A DNA stretch of 64,000 nucleotides from positions 1-64,000 of IMG/VR virus record IMGVR_UViG_3300033978_000477, one strand, 5' to 3'. The notes under the pieces are model-generated. The model was not told the origin of the DNA. It saw only the letters and a list, made by a program, of their open reading frames with translations, and did not search any database. The DNA is from a virus. A program made the translations under genes and the position numbers. Numbering within the stretch: position 1 is the stretch's first letter; the number at the start of each line of letters is the position of its first letter. Of the stretch, positions 47,096-56,136 are shown piece by piece.

Positions 47096-48223
47096 TCAGA
47101 TCCTCATCGGCATGACGACGCACAAGAAGTCATCGCCAGACTCCGCCTCGGGCGCCACCATCAGCGGGTCGAGTTCCCCGTTCAGTTTGAGGACCACCTC
47201 CTCGCAGGACAGAACGTTGCAGGCGTCGACGATGTATTTGGCGTTGAATCCAACGCTGATGTTCGGTCCGGTGTAGCCGATGATCAGTTCGTCCGCCCCA
47301 TCACCATGCTCCGGGCTCTCCGCCTCGATGCGGAGCGTCCCCTTGGAGAAGCGGAACTTGACGCCTCCAGTGCGCTCGTTCGATGCAACGGAGATCGCCT
47401 TGCAAGCCTCAATGAGCGCGAGCCGGTCGACTTCCGCGATGCTGTCGTTCCCCTTCGGGATGACCTGCGAGTATGGCGGGAACTTCGCGTCCACCAACTT
47501 GATGCTGTAGACCATCCCGGCGAAGTCGAAGAACGCGTTGTTGTCTGCGATGGTGACGCGGATGACCGATCCAGCATCCGCTGCGCTGGCCTCGTCACAC
47601 ATGCGACGGATGTCAGTTGCTCCCTTCAGCGGAAGAAGGAACTCAAAAGCGGTTCCTTCGGAGACGGGGAGGTTCGACAACGTCAGACGATGCCCGTCGG
47701 TGGAGACCGTTCGCAGGTTGGTGCCATCAGCCTCGAACTTGATCGCGTTCAGGTGGGCCCGCGACTCGTCCACGCCAACGCTGGAGATGACTCGACCGAT
47801 GGCGCGCGACAACGTCACGGCATGGAACTCGCGCGACGCCGTTGTGTTTGCGCCGGCAGCCTTTGCGACGGGCGGGAAGTCTTCGGCATGGTGGCATGGG
47901 AGCCGAAACTTTCGCGCCCCCTTCTCCGCCTTCATCTGGACGGCCTTGTCATCACCGATGATGGTGAGGTTGCCCGAAGGCATCGCCTTGACGCGAGCTT
48001 CCAGATCCTTCGCGCCGATGGCGATGGCCCCGGACTTCGAGACCTTGGCGTCCACGGACCCGGTGACGGATCGGTAGAGGTCGGTCGCGGTGAAGTGGAC
48101 CTGTCCATCTTCGCAACGTAGGAGGATGTTCGCGAGCATCGGCATGGTGCTCTTGTGGTCTGCGACAGGCGTTGCCCGTCGAAGGATCTTGTCGAGGTCG
48201 TTGCGTTGAATCGTCACTTCCAT
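47096..48223 (-). CDS. dnaN: DNA polymerase III beta sliding clamp homolog
   Basis: MP.LANILL, ATDL, STDGHRL, KFPPY..VIP, GFNAKY, VVMPMRI. Confidence 0.95.
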   Translation of the reverse strand: MEVTIQRNDLDKILRRATPVADHKSTMPMLANILLRCEDGQVHFTATDLYRSVTGSVDAKVSKSGAIAIGAKDLEARVKAMPSGNLTIIGDDKAVQMKAEKGARKFRLPCHHAEDFPPVAKAAGANTTASREFHAVTLSRAIGRVISSVGVDESRAHLNAIKFEADGTNLRTVSTDGHRLTLSNLPVSEGTAFEFLLPLKGATDIRRMCDEASAADAGSVIRVTIADNNAFFDFAGMVYSIKLVDAKFPPYSQVIPKGNDSIAEVDRLALIEACKAISVASNERTGGVKFRFSKGTLRIEAESPEHGDGADELIIGYTGPNISVGFNAKYIVDACNVLSCEEVVLKLNGELDPLMVAPEAESGDDFLCVVMPMRI

Positions 48224-48438
48224 TGTCTGTTCTCTCCGTTCGTTCGGGACCCGCCCGACTCGGTTGATGCAATTCGTTTCTCGATGGCCCGCTGAACAGC
48301 CACCACCTTCCACTGAGGGCAGCCGTTGGTGTCCGCGTACTGCCTTGCCCTGGCAACCAGATCGTCGAAGCTCGCGCTCCCGAGCCAGGCCAGGAACTTG
48401 ATGTCCGCATCGATCCGGTGATGCTCCCCGCGCCTCAT
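48214..48438 (-). CDS. Hypothetical protein
   Basis: GGAGGTG RBS; overlaps both neighbours. Confidence 0.45.
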   Translation of the reverse strand: MRRGEHHRIDADIKFLAWLGSASFDDLVARARQYADTNGCPQWKVVAVQRAIEKRIASTESGGSRTNGENRQWK

Positions 48439-48644
48439 TGCCCGGACACCTCCCGCCAACCGGCATCGGTCAGCCGGTAGTAGGTCTTTGGCCCATCGGC
48501 GAACTGCACCGTCGCAGTCGCGCACAACCCCCTCAGGACGAGCGCGTCAACCGCATCGGCCTGGGATGGGGTCTCGGGCATGAAGAGCATGTGGCGGGCC
48601 ATCTGGCGCAAGCAAGCGGCCTCTGCGTCGATAGCCATCAGCAC
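48435..48644 (-). CDS. Small wHTH-like protein
   Basis: LVLRGL...YRLTDAG. Confidence 0.5.
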   Translation of the reverse strand: MLMAIDAEAACLRQMARHMLFMPETPSQADAVDALVLRGLCATATVQFADGPKTYYRLTDAGWREVSGQ

Positions 48645-50014
48645 GCCTCCTCTGCCGCGACATTGGCGCGATGCTCCGTCACCAATGCGTCGACCGCAGC
48701 GGCCAGGTCCAAGCCCTTGCGGGTCGCAAACGGGTCCCGCTCAGCAACAGCCGACAGGTAGGACCCGGATAGGGCCCAGAGCTTGTCCATCGGCGCGAGA
48801 TCATTCATGACTGCCCCCGTTTGCAAAACCGTCATACGTGGGTTCGAATCCCATCCACGCCTCTCAATCAATTCAATGGCTTGGCCCGCATCCTCGCTCA
48901 CTGGCTCGGGCCCTATTCGGACCCTATGTTGCGGGATGGCATTGCTCGGAAGGTCGACACTGGGCCCCATCGAGAGACCGATGGATCGCGCGTAGCGCTC
49001 CGTGACCTTGACCGAAGAGTGACCCAGGAGGTCCTTCACGGCCTCGTAGCTCCAAGGCTTGCCGTCCCAAGCTCCGGTCAACAGGAGCGTTGCGCATGTG
49101 TGGCGGAGATCATGCCAGCGGACGCGGCGAGTGATCCCGGCCTTGGCCTTCCAGGCTGCCCAGTCAGCGGCGGCGACGATGCGTCCCTTCGGGCGATGCA
49201 GTCCGGTGACGCTCGGCAGGACGATGCCTTTGCGCTCGGCCTCTGGCACCGCCAGGACGGCCTGTAGCGCGATGCCGAACAGGCGAACCTTCCGCACTCG
49301 CCCGCTCTTCGTCGAGACGCCTGGGGTGCCATAGCGGAGCACTACGTGGGGGACCTTGGCGTTGACGTGAACGTCGGACCAAAGAAGCGAACGCTCCTCG
49401 CCTTGGCGCATCCCGGTTCCGATGGCCAAGCAGACGGCCAGGTCGTTCCCGCTCGCAGCGATCAGCGCAAGCGTCTCCGCCATATCGAGGGCGGTGCTCT
49501 TCTCGTCCGTGCTGCCATGGTCTTTGACCTTGATGCCAAGCGCGACGTTGGTTGCGAGCTTGCCGGCCTCGACTCCGTAGGAGAGAACAGCGCGCAAGGT
49601 GTTGAGCGCGTTGCGCCGGGTCATCGTCGACAGCCCGCGCGCGGAGATGTCCGCCAGCCATTCCCGGATCTGTCCAGTCGTCAGATCGCGAGCCGGCATC
49701 CGCGATGCCTCCCACGGAAGGACGTAGGCGTTCCAGCAAGACTTGAAGCTCTTGATCGCCTTGTACCCATCGCGCTCGCGAAGGTCGATGCAGGACTCGC
49801 CAAGGCGCTTCAGGCTGATACCGCCTCGCGTGCACTCGCTCTCTGCTAGCACCGCTAGGATGCCATCGAGAGCCATCTCCGCCTCTTCGTAGGTCGCAAA
49901 CGGGGAGCCTTCGATCTCTTCCCTTCGTCCAATGGTGAACGGGAAGCGCGCGCGGTACCGTCCGTCTGCGATCTTGGTGATGGTGCCAGAGCCCTTAGGC
50001 CTTCGCTTCGTCAT
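48638..50014 (-). CDS. int: Tyrosine integrase containing attP
   Basis: RRPKGSGTI arm motif; TGMR.GE, HDLRHT, LLGHS...T.RY. Confidence 0.95.
   Translation of the reverse strand: MTKRRPKGSGTITKIADGRYRARFPFTIGRREEIEGSPFATYEEAEMALDGILAVLAESECTRGGISLKRLGESCIDLRERDGYKAIKSFKSCWNAYVLPWEASRMPARDLTTGQIREWLADISARGLSTMTRRNALNTLRAVLSYGVEAGKLATNVALGIKVKDHGSTDEKSTALDMAETLALIAASGNDLAVCLAIGTGMRQGEERSLLWSDVHVNAKVPHVVLRYGTPGVSTKSGRVRKVRLFGIALQAVLAVPEAERKGIVLPSVTGLHRPKGRIVAAADWAAWKAKAGITRRVRWHDLRHTCATLLLTGAWDGKPWSYEAVKDLLGHSSVKVTERYARSIGLSMGPSVDLPSNAIPQHRVRIGPEPVSEDAGQAIELIERRGWDSNPRMTVLQTGAVMNDLAPMDKLWALSGSYLSAVAERDPFATRKGLDLAAAVDALVTEHRANVAAEEAC
48819..48863 (+). mobile_element. attP core: 3' half of tRNA-Cys(GCA)
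   Basis: GTTTGCAAAACCG (anticodon loop), GTGGGTTCGAATCCCAT (T-arm), CCACGCCTC (acceptor 3' strand); no 5' half present. Confidence 0.85.
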
Positions 50015-50238
50015 ACGCCGCCTCGCTTCTTTATCATCCGCCTTGCCCGTGACGTGTACAGGTCATCGGTGACTGGAGACAAGGGCTGCGGGAACGGCCT
50101 CGCACGAAGTGCCCGAGGGCGACTCTTTGGAGCAAGCGGAGCCGGGTCATTGGCGGGCTCGGTTGCCTCCAGTTCTTCGGCGATGTCGGTGAGTACATCA
50201 GCCAGTGCGCGGTAGAGGTTGGCTAGCTTGGCGCTCAT
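50011..50238 (-). CDS. Small protein coupled to int (excisionase candidate)
   Basis: Position and ATGA coupling; basic C-terminus. Confidence 0.45.
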   Translation of the reverse strand: MSAKLANLYRALADVLTDIAEELEATEPANDPAPLAPKSRPRALRARPFPQPLSPVTDDLYTSRARRMIKKRGGV

Positions 50239-50468
50239 TGCGAAACCTTGGTGAGGGTCTTCGGGATGCGCCGCGCCGTCAGCTTTACCCCGATGCCGCG
50301 CAGTGCGTCCAGGAACCGCGATGCGACTTCGACGGAAACGCGCTGGCTACCATGGCAGAGGTTGCAGTGACGGGCATTGTGCTTGGCAGCCTTGCGCCTC
50401 GCGACTTCGGTGCCGTGCATCGGGTTGCAGGATGGGCATCGGGTAGGGACCTGATCATCGTCGCTCAT
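50235..50468 (-). CDS. Zn-finger hypothetical protein
   Basis: CPSC...CNLCHG; GAGGAG RBS. Confidence 0.55.
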   Translation of the reverse strand: MSDDDQVPTRCPSCNPMHGTEVARRKAAKHNARHCNLCHGSQRVSVEVASRFLDALRGIGVKLTARRIPKTLTKVSQ

Positions 50469-50491
50469 CTCGTGTACTCCTCATCAAAAGC

Positions 50492-50631
50492 GCCCGTCTC
50501 TCCGGGCTGTCACGCTGCAATGCTGCGTTGGCACTGGTCTCGCGACCATGTGGACGCTGGCGGAATCGAACCACCAACACGCGCGCATGCCACATGGGCG
50601 CCCCGTTGATGCCGGTCTCTCCCGGCTGTCA
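50492..50631 (-). ncRNA. Structured RNA: two covarying hairpin repeats flanking a 53-nt tRNA-like element
   Basis: TGACAGCCGG-GAGAGA-CCGGC (50611-50631) and TGACAGCCCG-GAGAGA-CGGGC (50492-50512); T-arm GGTGGTTCGATTCCGCC within 50551-50603. Confidence 0.65.
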
Positions 50632-50641
50632 GTTCAACGAT

Positions 50642-50863
50642 TCACCCTTCCCAGTGAGCGGACTGTGCTGCGCGCTCCACCGCCACACTCTCTGCTTGGC
50701 GCAGCGCTATCGACAACACGTCGGCGACCCTGTCGGCATCCCGCTGCGTCATGTCTCGCGATGCAAGTCGCCACTCCTTTCCGGTCCAGACTTCCACTAG
50801 GCGTCGATGCTTGAAGCTGTTGATGCCGTTCACTACGCGCACCATTGGGTGACGATCGCTCAT
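50642..50863 (-). CDS. Hypothetical protein
   Basis: ATGA coupling. Confidence 0.5.
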   Translation of the reverse strand: MSDRHPMVRVVNGINSFKHRRLVEVWTGKEWRLASRDMTQRDADRVADVLSIALRQAESVAVERAAQSAHWEG

Positions 50864-51279
50864 AGTGGCCCACCCGAGAGCTTTCGAAGTTGGGCCATCA
50901 CACGGTCCTCCCCATCCTTCAGCCCGCGCCGATACGCCGCCGCATTCTCACTGGCGAACATGGTGGAGATTGTCGCGGCCCTCATTGACCCAACAGCAGC
51001 GATCAGTTCATTCTCACAAGTGCGCTCGAAGATGCCTACCGCGCGGCCCATGTCTTCGACAATCTGACCCATCACCGCCCTTGCCAAACACACGAAGTGC
51101 ACGTCATTGGCGGTCATGCTCTCGGCAATCAGCGGCGCTCCGTAGAACTCCTCGGAGCCGTTCGTATTGGCCAATGGGGCGACGATGTGATTGATGCTGC
51201 TGCCATCGCCGGATGCGATCCATGGGCCCTTGGTCGCTCGCTGCACAACCTGATCAAGCTCGTAGTGCCGAAACCTCAT
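50860..51279 (-). CDS. Ead/Ea22-like protein
   Basis: ATKGPW...IAE....ND..F...AR. Confidence 0.55.
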   Translation of the reverse strand: MRFRHYELDQVVQRATKGPWIASGDGSSINHIVAPLANTNGSEEFYGAPLIAESMTANDVHFVCLARAVMGQIVEDMGRAVGIFERTCENELIAAVGSMRAATISTMFASENAAAYRRGLKDGEDRVMAQLRKLSGGPL

Positions 51280-52775
51280 AGCGGTGCATCATCGTCTTCC
51301 TCGACAGCCTCAATCGCCTCGAACACAACCTCTCCCGCATCAACCCGGGTCCCGATGAGTTGGTAGTCGTCCCGCGTTGCGTCGGCGACGAACCGCCGCA
51401 TCTGCTCTTCATCCAGACGCTCCAACCCGTCGACCACCAGGATCTTGCTCTTGGCGTTCAGCCTCCGCGCGATCTCAACAGCGAAGCCAAGTTGCTCCTG
51501 GCCGCAGCGTTCGACGATGTCCACCCCGTCCAGAAGGACCTTGTCCCCGTCCACCGACAACCCACTGATGCCGTCAGCGTTGGCAAGCAGCTCGTTCGGG
51601 ATGTCTTTGCGCAACCGGTCGAGGATGGCGGTCAGTGCCTCAGAATCGGCCTGTAGCCGCGTCGCGAGCTTGGACGCCTCTTCATGCCTTGCCCGTTGCT
51701 CGCGGGCCTTGTCGGCTGCCCTGGCGCGTTCTACGAGGGCCTTGGCCTCATCCCTAGCAGCCTTGGCCTTGGCCAACTTTGCTGGGTCCATCGGGGTGCC
51801 GTGCGCAGAAGCAAGACCTGACTCCAGGGTGTTCGCCATCGCGGTCAGTTCCTTGGCCTTGGCAAGCTTCGCCATGTCCGCCTGAACTTCGGCAAGCCTC
51901 GCCCTAGCGGCAACCACCTTGCGCTCCAGTTGTTCGAGTTCGTTGACCGCAGCGTTCTCATGAGAGCCGTTTGCGAGTGCTTCCAGGTCATCCCAGACAT
52001 GCAGTGCGGCATGAAGCGCCCCGGACTCTGTCCGCATCCCATCGATGCGCTTTCGCATCTCCTCCGCCTTGGCCCCGGACTCCTCGAAGCGCTTGGCCTC
52101 CGACTCCAGTTGACCGAGAGCCTTCTCCGCCTCGCTCAGCTTGGCATCTGCCTCGCCAACTGCGGGAGCCTCAAGCGCTGCATATGGTACGTACAACTCC
52201 GTCGCCCTGGCTTCGGCAGCCTTGGCCTGCGCGTTGATGTCCTTCCGCGCGTTGTAGACCAGTGTCGCCAGTTGCTCGGCAACCTCCAGCCCATGGGCAT
52301 CGTAGTTGATGGCCTCAGCGGCGGGGCGAATGGCCGGCGGGATGATCTCAAGTGCTGCGGCTCGGCTCAGCTTCGCTGGCATTGCCCGAAGGATGATCGC
52401 CTTGCGACGCTTGGCGTCTGCCTCGTAAAGCTCGATGGGGTCCAGCGGGCTCGTCCCGAGCAACTCCATCAGCAGCGACTGCGGGGCGCTCAGCTTGTGG
52501 CCGTCTTGCTCTACCGTCAGCGTCGAAGTCTTCGCGGTGATGAGCCGACGAACAGACTTGTCCCCAAGGTCCACCAGGATCTCCGCCTTCGATGCGCCCA
52601 GGCGGATGGCGTCTGCGCCGATGTCCCTGCCTGCTAATGCGGCGCGGATGGCCTTCAGGACGCTGGTCTTGCCGGCGCCGTTGCTGCCCTTTACGACAGC
52701 ACCAGCCTCGCCAATGGTCTGGTCGAGAGCTTCAATGCCGCGGTAGTTCGTTACGCGTAGTCGTGTGATCTTCAT
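51276..52775 (-). CDS. SMC/SbcC-like ATPase
   Basis: MKITRL...NY.GI, Walker A GSNGAGKTS, coiled coil, Walker B LVVDGLERLD. Confidence 0.85.
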   Translation of the reverse strand: MKITRLRVTNYRGIEALDQTIGEAGAVVKGSNGAGKTSVLKAIRAALAGRDIGADAIRLGASKAEILVDLGDKSVRRLITAKTSTLTVEQDGHKLSAPQSLLMELLGTSPLDPIELYEADAKRRKAIILRAMPAKLSRAAALEIIPPAIRPAAEAINYDAHGLEVAEQLATLVYNARKDINAQAKAAEARATELYVPYAALEAPAVGEADAKLSEAEKALGQLESEAKRFEESGAKAEEMRKRIDGMRTESGALHAALHVWDDLEALANGSHENAAVNELEQLERKVVAARARLAEVQADMAKLAKAKELTAMANTLESGLASAHGTPMDPAKLAKAKAARDEAKALVERARAADKAREQRARHEEASKLATRLQADSEALTAILDRLRKDIPNELLANADGISGLSVDGDKVLLDGVDIVERCGQEQLGFAVEIARRLNAKSKILVVDGLERLDEEQMRRFVADATRDDYQLIGTRVDAGEVVFEAIEAVEEDDDAPL

Positions 52776-53437
52776 GGCATCTCCTGCACCGGGAAGGCGA
52801 GCATTGCCGCTTCCTCAACGACCATCTTCTTCCACCATTGACTGCGGTCTGGGTCCCACCGGAACCCGGCCGCCTTGAGTTCGTCATTGCGGCTGCGCGG
52901 GACGTTCGCGACGAAGCGAGCCTTTGGCCGCATCGCCTTGGTGAGCATCGCGTCAACGTCATGGCCCTTCTCGGCCACCCGTTGGAACATCCGCGCAAGG
53001 GTCAGGACGTCATCGAAGGCGCGGTGCGCGAAGGCCACCGGAACGTCATGCGCGAGCGCCAAGGCCACCAGGGACTTGCTGCTCTTGCCGGCGTTCGGCC
53101 ACTCGATGTCGTTGCAGGAGCAGACCCAGGGGACGTCCGCAAAGAGGCTGCTGCTGAACCAAGGCCGGTCGAAGTCGACATGGTGGCAGACAACCGCGTC
53201 GACGAAGTTGGCCTTCATGTCGCGCTCGATGAAGTGCAACGCTCGGCCGTGCTGGAGAAGCTCCGCGGGGATGCCGTTGACTTTCTCCGCCTCATTGCCC
53301 ATCGCGTCCACAAGCTCCGAGTGAACGCTGATGATCGCGTTGTAGGTGGTGTCGAACAGCGCATAGGCCACCTCCACCACATGGTCCTTTTCGTGGTCGA
53401 GACCGGTCGTCTCAGTGTCACCAATGAGCAGCCTCAT
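52772..53437 (-). CDS. DEDDh 3'-5' exonuclease (DnaQ-like)
   Basis: DTETTGL, HH..FD, HRA..D. Confidence 0.9.
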   Translation of the reverse strand: MRLLIGDTETTGLDHEKDHVVEVAYALFDTTYNAIISVHSELVDAMGNEAEKVNGIPAELLQHGRALHFIERDMKANFVDAVVCHHVDFDRPWFSSSLFADVPWVCSCNDIEWPNAGKSSKSLVALALAHDVPVAFAHRAFDDVLTLARMFQRVAEKGHDVDAMLTKAMRPKARFVANVPRSRNDELKAAGFRWDPDRSQWWKKMVVEEAAMLAFPVQEMP

Positions 53438-54027
53438 GGCCGCCTCCAGGTGATGCGCGCAGCGTCGACGATGAACGGGATGTCGTCATCGCCAGATACG
53501 AAGTCGGCAGACGCGAACGGGTCCCCGCCGTCATCATCGCCGAACGATCCGCCGTTCTGCGCAAAGGCATCAGGCTCCTTGGACTCTGCACCCATAGGCG
53601 CCAGCGCCTTTGGCTTCCAGCCTTCACGAATGCGCTTGGCCCATCCACGGGCGAGGCGAGCTGTCTTCCGACCAAACCGAGACATGGGGTACGGCGCCTT
53701 GCCGCCCTTGGGCTGGTACATCTTCCCGGACTCGTCGTCCTTCGACGCCATCCAGTCTTGCAGACTGGCAAACTCCTCAAGGAAGTCGGCCGGGCACTGC
53801 GAGAGCTTGTACCCCTTGTAATCGTGGCCGCCGTTCTCCAGCCACTTCTTCGGGCTCTTGCGAACTTGCTCGTCCCCGTATTGGGAGTCCAGCTCGCGGT
53901 CGGTAGCAACCTCGCCACCTGCTCCGCCGACACCAGCGCTTCCGCCAACGAACACCGCCTTGAGTGCTGCAATGGTGGTCTCCAGTGCCTGCACCCTGGA
54001 CTCCAAAGCCTTGATGGGATCAGTCAT
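53434..54027 (-). CDS. SSB-like protein (acidic DDDIPF tail)
   Basis: GDDDIPF near the C-terminus; position after the nuclease/RecT pair. Confidence 0.5.
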   Translation of the reverse strand: MTDPIKALESRVQALETTIAALKAVFVGGSAGVGGAGGEVATDRELDSQYGDEQVRKSPKKWLENGGHDYKGYKLSQCPADFLEEFASLQDWMASKDDESGKMYQPKGGKAPYPMSRFGRKTARLARGWAKRIREGWKPKALAPMGAESKEPDAFAQNGGSFGDDDGGDPFASADFVSGDDDIPFIVDAARITWRRP

Positions 54028-55181
54028 GCCGCGCTCCGCTTCTTCTCTCGTGTCTTCTTCGGTGCCCCGGTCTTACTCCCCACCGGCCGAATCTGGTGGC
54101 CCTCGCTCTCGATGTAGCAAGACGCGATCTGATCGTTGTTCGCCCCAAGGTCGAGGATGAGCCCGATGGCCCGGTCCTGGTTGAAGCTCTTCCTGGACAT
54201 CGGAATCTTCTTCAGTGTGCGACCGTCGGGGAGGGGGATGTCTTGCCGTTCAGCCATCGCCTTGATGCCCTTGGCAACGGCATCCGCAAGGCGTTCGATC
54301 TGCTTCAGCTTCAGGTATGCGGCGCCCAGTTCATCGGGTGTCATCGCAGTGAATCGAGACGCCACCACCGCTTCCAAGTCTTCCTTCTTGGCCTCTGTCA
54401 TCGCGACGGCTTCCGGCCCTGCGAACGCCTCCACCATCGGGAGCATGTGCCGCGCGATGCCGACGTATGCCGGGCATGCGTTCATTGCTGGGCAGTATTT
54501 GCAGTGGTCGCCAGCCCTCACCGGGACAGGCTCTCCCGCCGCCATCTTCAGCCGCGTCCGCTTGACGTTGCTGACAAGGCCCACCAGTTCATCGCCGAAG
54601 CTGTCGAGGTCGAAGGTGTCGAGGAACGCAACGTCCAGCGTTACCGACCCGTCCTCTGCGACATAGGCGATCCGGGCCTCGACCATCTCCGCGCCATGTC
54701 GAAGTTGGGCGATGCGAGCGAAGTAACGGATCTGCGCGTTCTCTGCCGCAGGCGTCACGTCTTGCCCGCTCTTGACGTCAATGACTACCGGATGGCCCAG
54801 CGTAGACATGCCCTCAATGTCGACCGTTCCGCCGATCTGCGTCGGGCTCAGCTTCGGGTAGTTGCGCCCGATGTTGATGCCAAGTTCCGTCACTTCGTCC
54901 GTCGCCGTGTCGAGTGCGTAGGCCACCTCGCCGCGGACATCGGTCAGCCCGCCCGTCAGCTTCGCCCAGTCCAACGCCTGGCATGTGGCCCGCCACTGGA
55001 TGGGGATGCGGACGGATGCATCATGAGGGGACATGCCGGCCACCACGTCTCGGATGAACTTGGCGATGGCCGTTCCTCGCTCTGCGGGCTCGCCAGGGGC
55101 ATCGTACGTCGCCGGGAGCACATGACTAGCCGTGCACGCCAGAACGCGTTCCAGGGCCGACGCAGTGGGGTTGTCGCTCAC
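54024..55181 (-). CDS. PD-(D/E)XK exonuclease (DUF2800/Cas4-like)
   Basis: L.C.AS, ERGT, GTVD, VIDVKSG, Q..Y, G.HCKYCPA...C. Confidence 0.8.
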   Translation of the reverse strand: MSDNPTASALERVLACTASHVLPATYDAPGEPAERGTAIAKFIRDVVAGMSPHDASVRIPIQWRATCQALDWAKLTGGLTDVRGEVAYALDTATDEVTELGINIGRNYPKLSPTQIGGTVDIEGMSTLGHPVVIDVKSGQDVTPAAENAQIRYFARIAQLRHGAEMVEARIAYVAEDGSVTLDVAFLDTFDLDSFGDELVGLVSNVKRTRLKMAAGEPVPVRAGDHCKYCPAMNACPAYVGIARHMLPMVEAFAGPEAVAMTEAKKEDLEAVVASRFTAMTPDELGAAYLKLKQIERLADAVAKGIKAMAERQDIPLPDGRTLKKIPMSRKSFNQDRAIGLILDLGANNDQIASCYIESEGHQIRPVGSKTGAPKKTREKKRSAA

Positions 55182-56053
55182 TGCGCGGCCTCCTCGCTAG
55201 CCGCCGCCGGTTCAGACGCAGGAGCAGGCTTTGCCGCCGCTGCGAACTTCGAATTGTACGCGGCCTTCGCGTCCGTCGCCCATGGCTCCCCGGCTTCAGA
55301 CACGAACTTCTGGACCATCGCCCGGACTTGCTTCCCCGCATCGGCCTTTGCGATCTTGATCTTCAGATCCTCAAGCTCGCTCGCGTAGTCGCGAATCGCG
55401 CCAGCGACCGGAGAGGGCTGCTTCGGTTCCTCGACAACCTCAGCATCCGGGATCTTGTCCGACGGCGGAGCTTGAGGGATTGGACCTTGCTGCGGCCCTT
55501 GGACCTTCAAGGGCTTTGAGTTCTCCTCCTGCATGTCTTCGTACGACGGCATCCCGTTGATCAGATCGGGAAACTCCGACTGCGCCGCGTAGCTTCGCGC
55601 TCGCGCTTGCAGCATCCGCTTCGGATACATCTCCCAGTTGCCGCCGGCCTTGATGAGGTTCGCCCTGCGAGCTTCGGCGATCGTGAACTCGTACTCACGA
55701 CCCGGACGACCGATGCGCTTTGCGTAGTACACACACTTCTCTTCGGTGATCTCGCGCATCTCGAACGCGTCAACAACGCGTTGCCCCTCGGGAGCAGTCA
55801 TGTTGCCGAGGATGCGGCTCTCCATGAACTGCGCCGCCAGCGTCGCCCGGCCCTTGATGAAGTAGATGTTTTGCATCGACTCAAAGGCGCTCATTCCCAT
55901 CGAGCGGCCAGCTTGGATCTTGGCGAAGGCGACCTGCGCAGTGATCTCGTAGGCAACAGCCAAGTTCGTTGCGAACTTGATGGCCTCCTGAATGTCTGCC
56001 GGCTCCAAGAGGGCAAGACTGCTTGATTGAACTAGTGACGTAGTCGGTGACAT
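55178..56053 (-). CDS. RecT-like single-strand annealing protein
   Basis: G...GM...ES.Q.IY.I.GR, FTI.EA.RA.L....NW..YP.RML.ARA, FPD.I.G. Confidence 0.8.
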   Translation of the reverse strand: MSPTTSLVQSSSLALLEPADIQEAIKFATNLAVAYEITAQVAFAKIQAGRSMGMSAFESMQNIYFIKGRATLAAQFMESRILGNMTAPEGQRVVDAFEMREITEEKCVYYAKRIGRPGREYEFTIAEARRANLIKAGGNWEMYPKRMLQARARSYAAQSEFPDLINGMPSYEDMQEENSKPLKVQGPQQGPIPQAPPSDKIPDAEVVEEPKQPSPVAGAIRDYASELEDLKIKIAKADAGKQVRAMVQKFVSEAGEPWATDAKAAYNSKFAAAAKPAPASEPAAASEEAAQ

Positions 56054-56082
56054 TGTTGTTCTCCTTGTTCCCACTCAACACT

Positions 56083-56136
56083 TGGACCAGCGCCTCGGAG
56101 TTGAACCAAGGACAGGGCCGTAAACCTTCGCCAGTC
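56083..56136 (-). ncRNA. 54-nt tRNA-like mini-RNA
   Basis: GACTGGCG pairs with CGCTGGTC followed by CA; T-arm CCTTGG-TTCAACT-CCGAGG. Confidence 0.55.

Noticed and set aside
48811-48866. Functional tRNA-Cys gene
   Set aside because: The 5' acceptor strand and D-arm are missing; it fits an att core
54024-55181. Cas4 of the CRISPR locus
   Set aside because: It sits in a RecT/SSB recombination module about 8 kb away, and no cas1/cas2 is present
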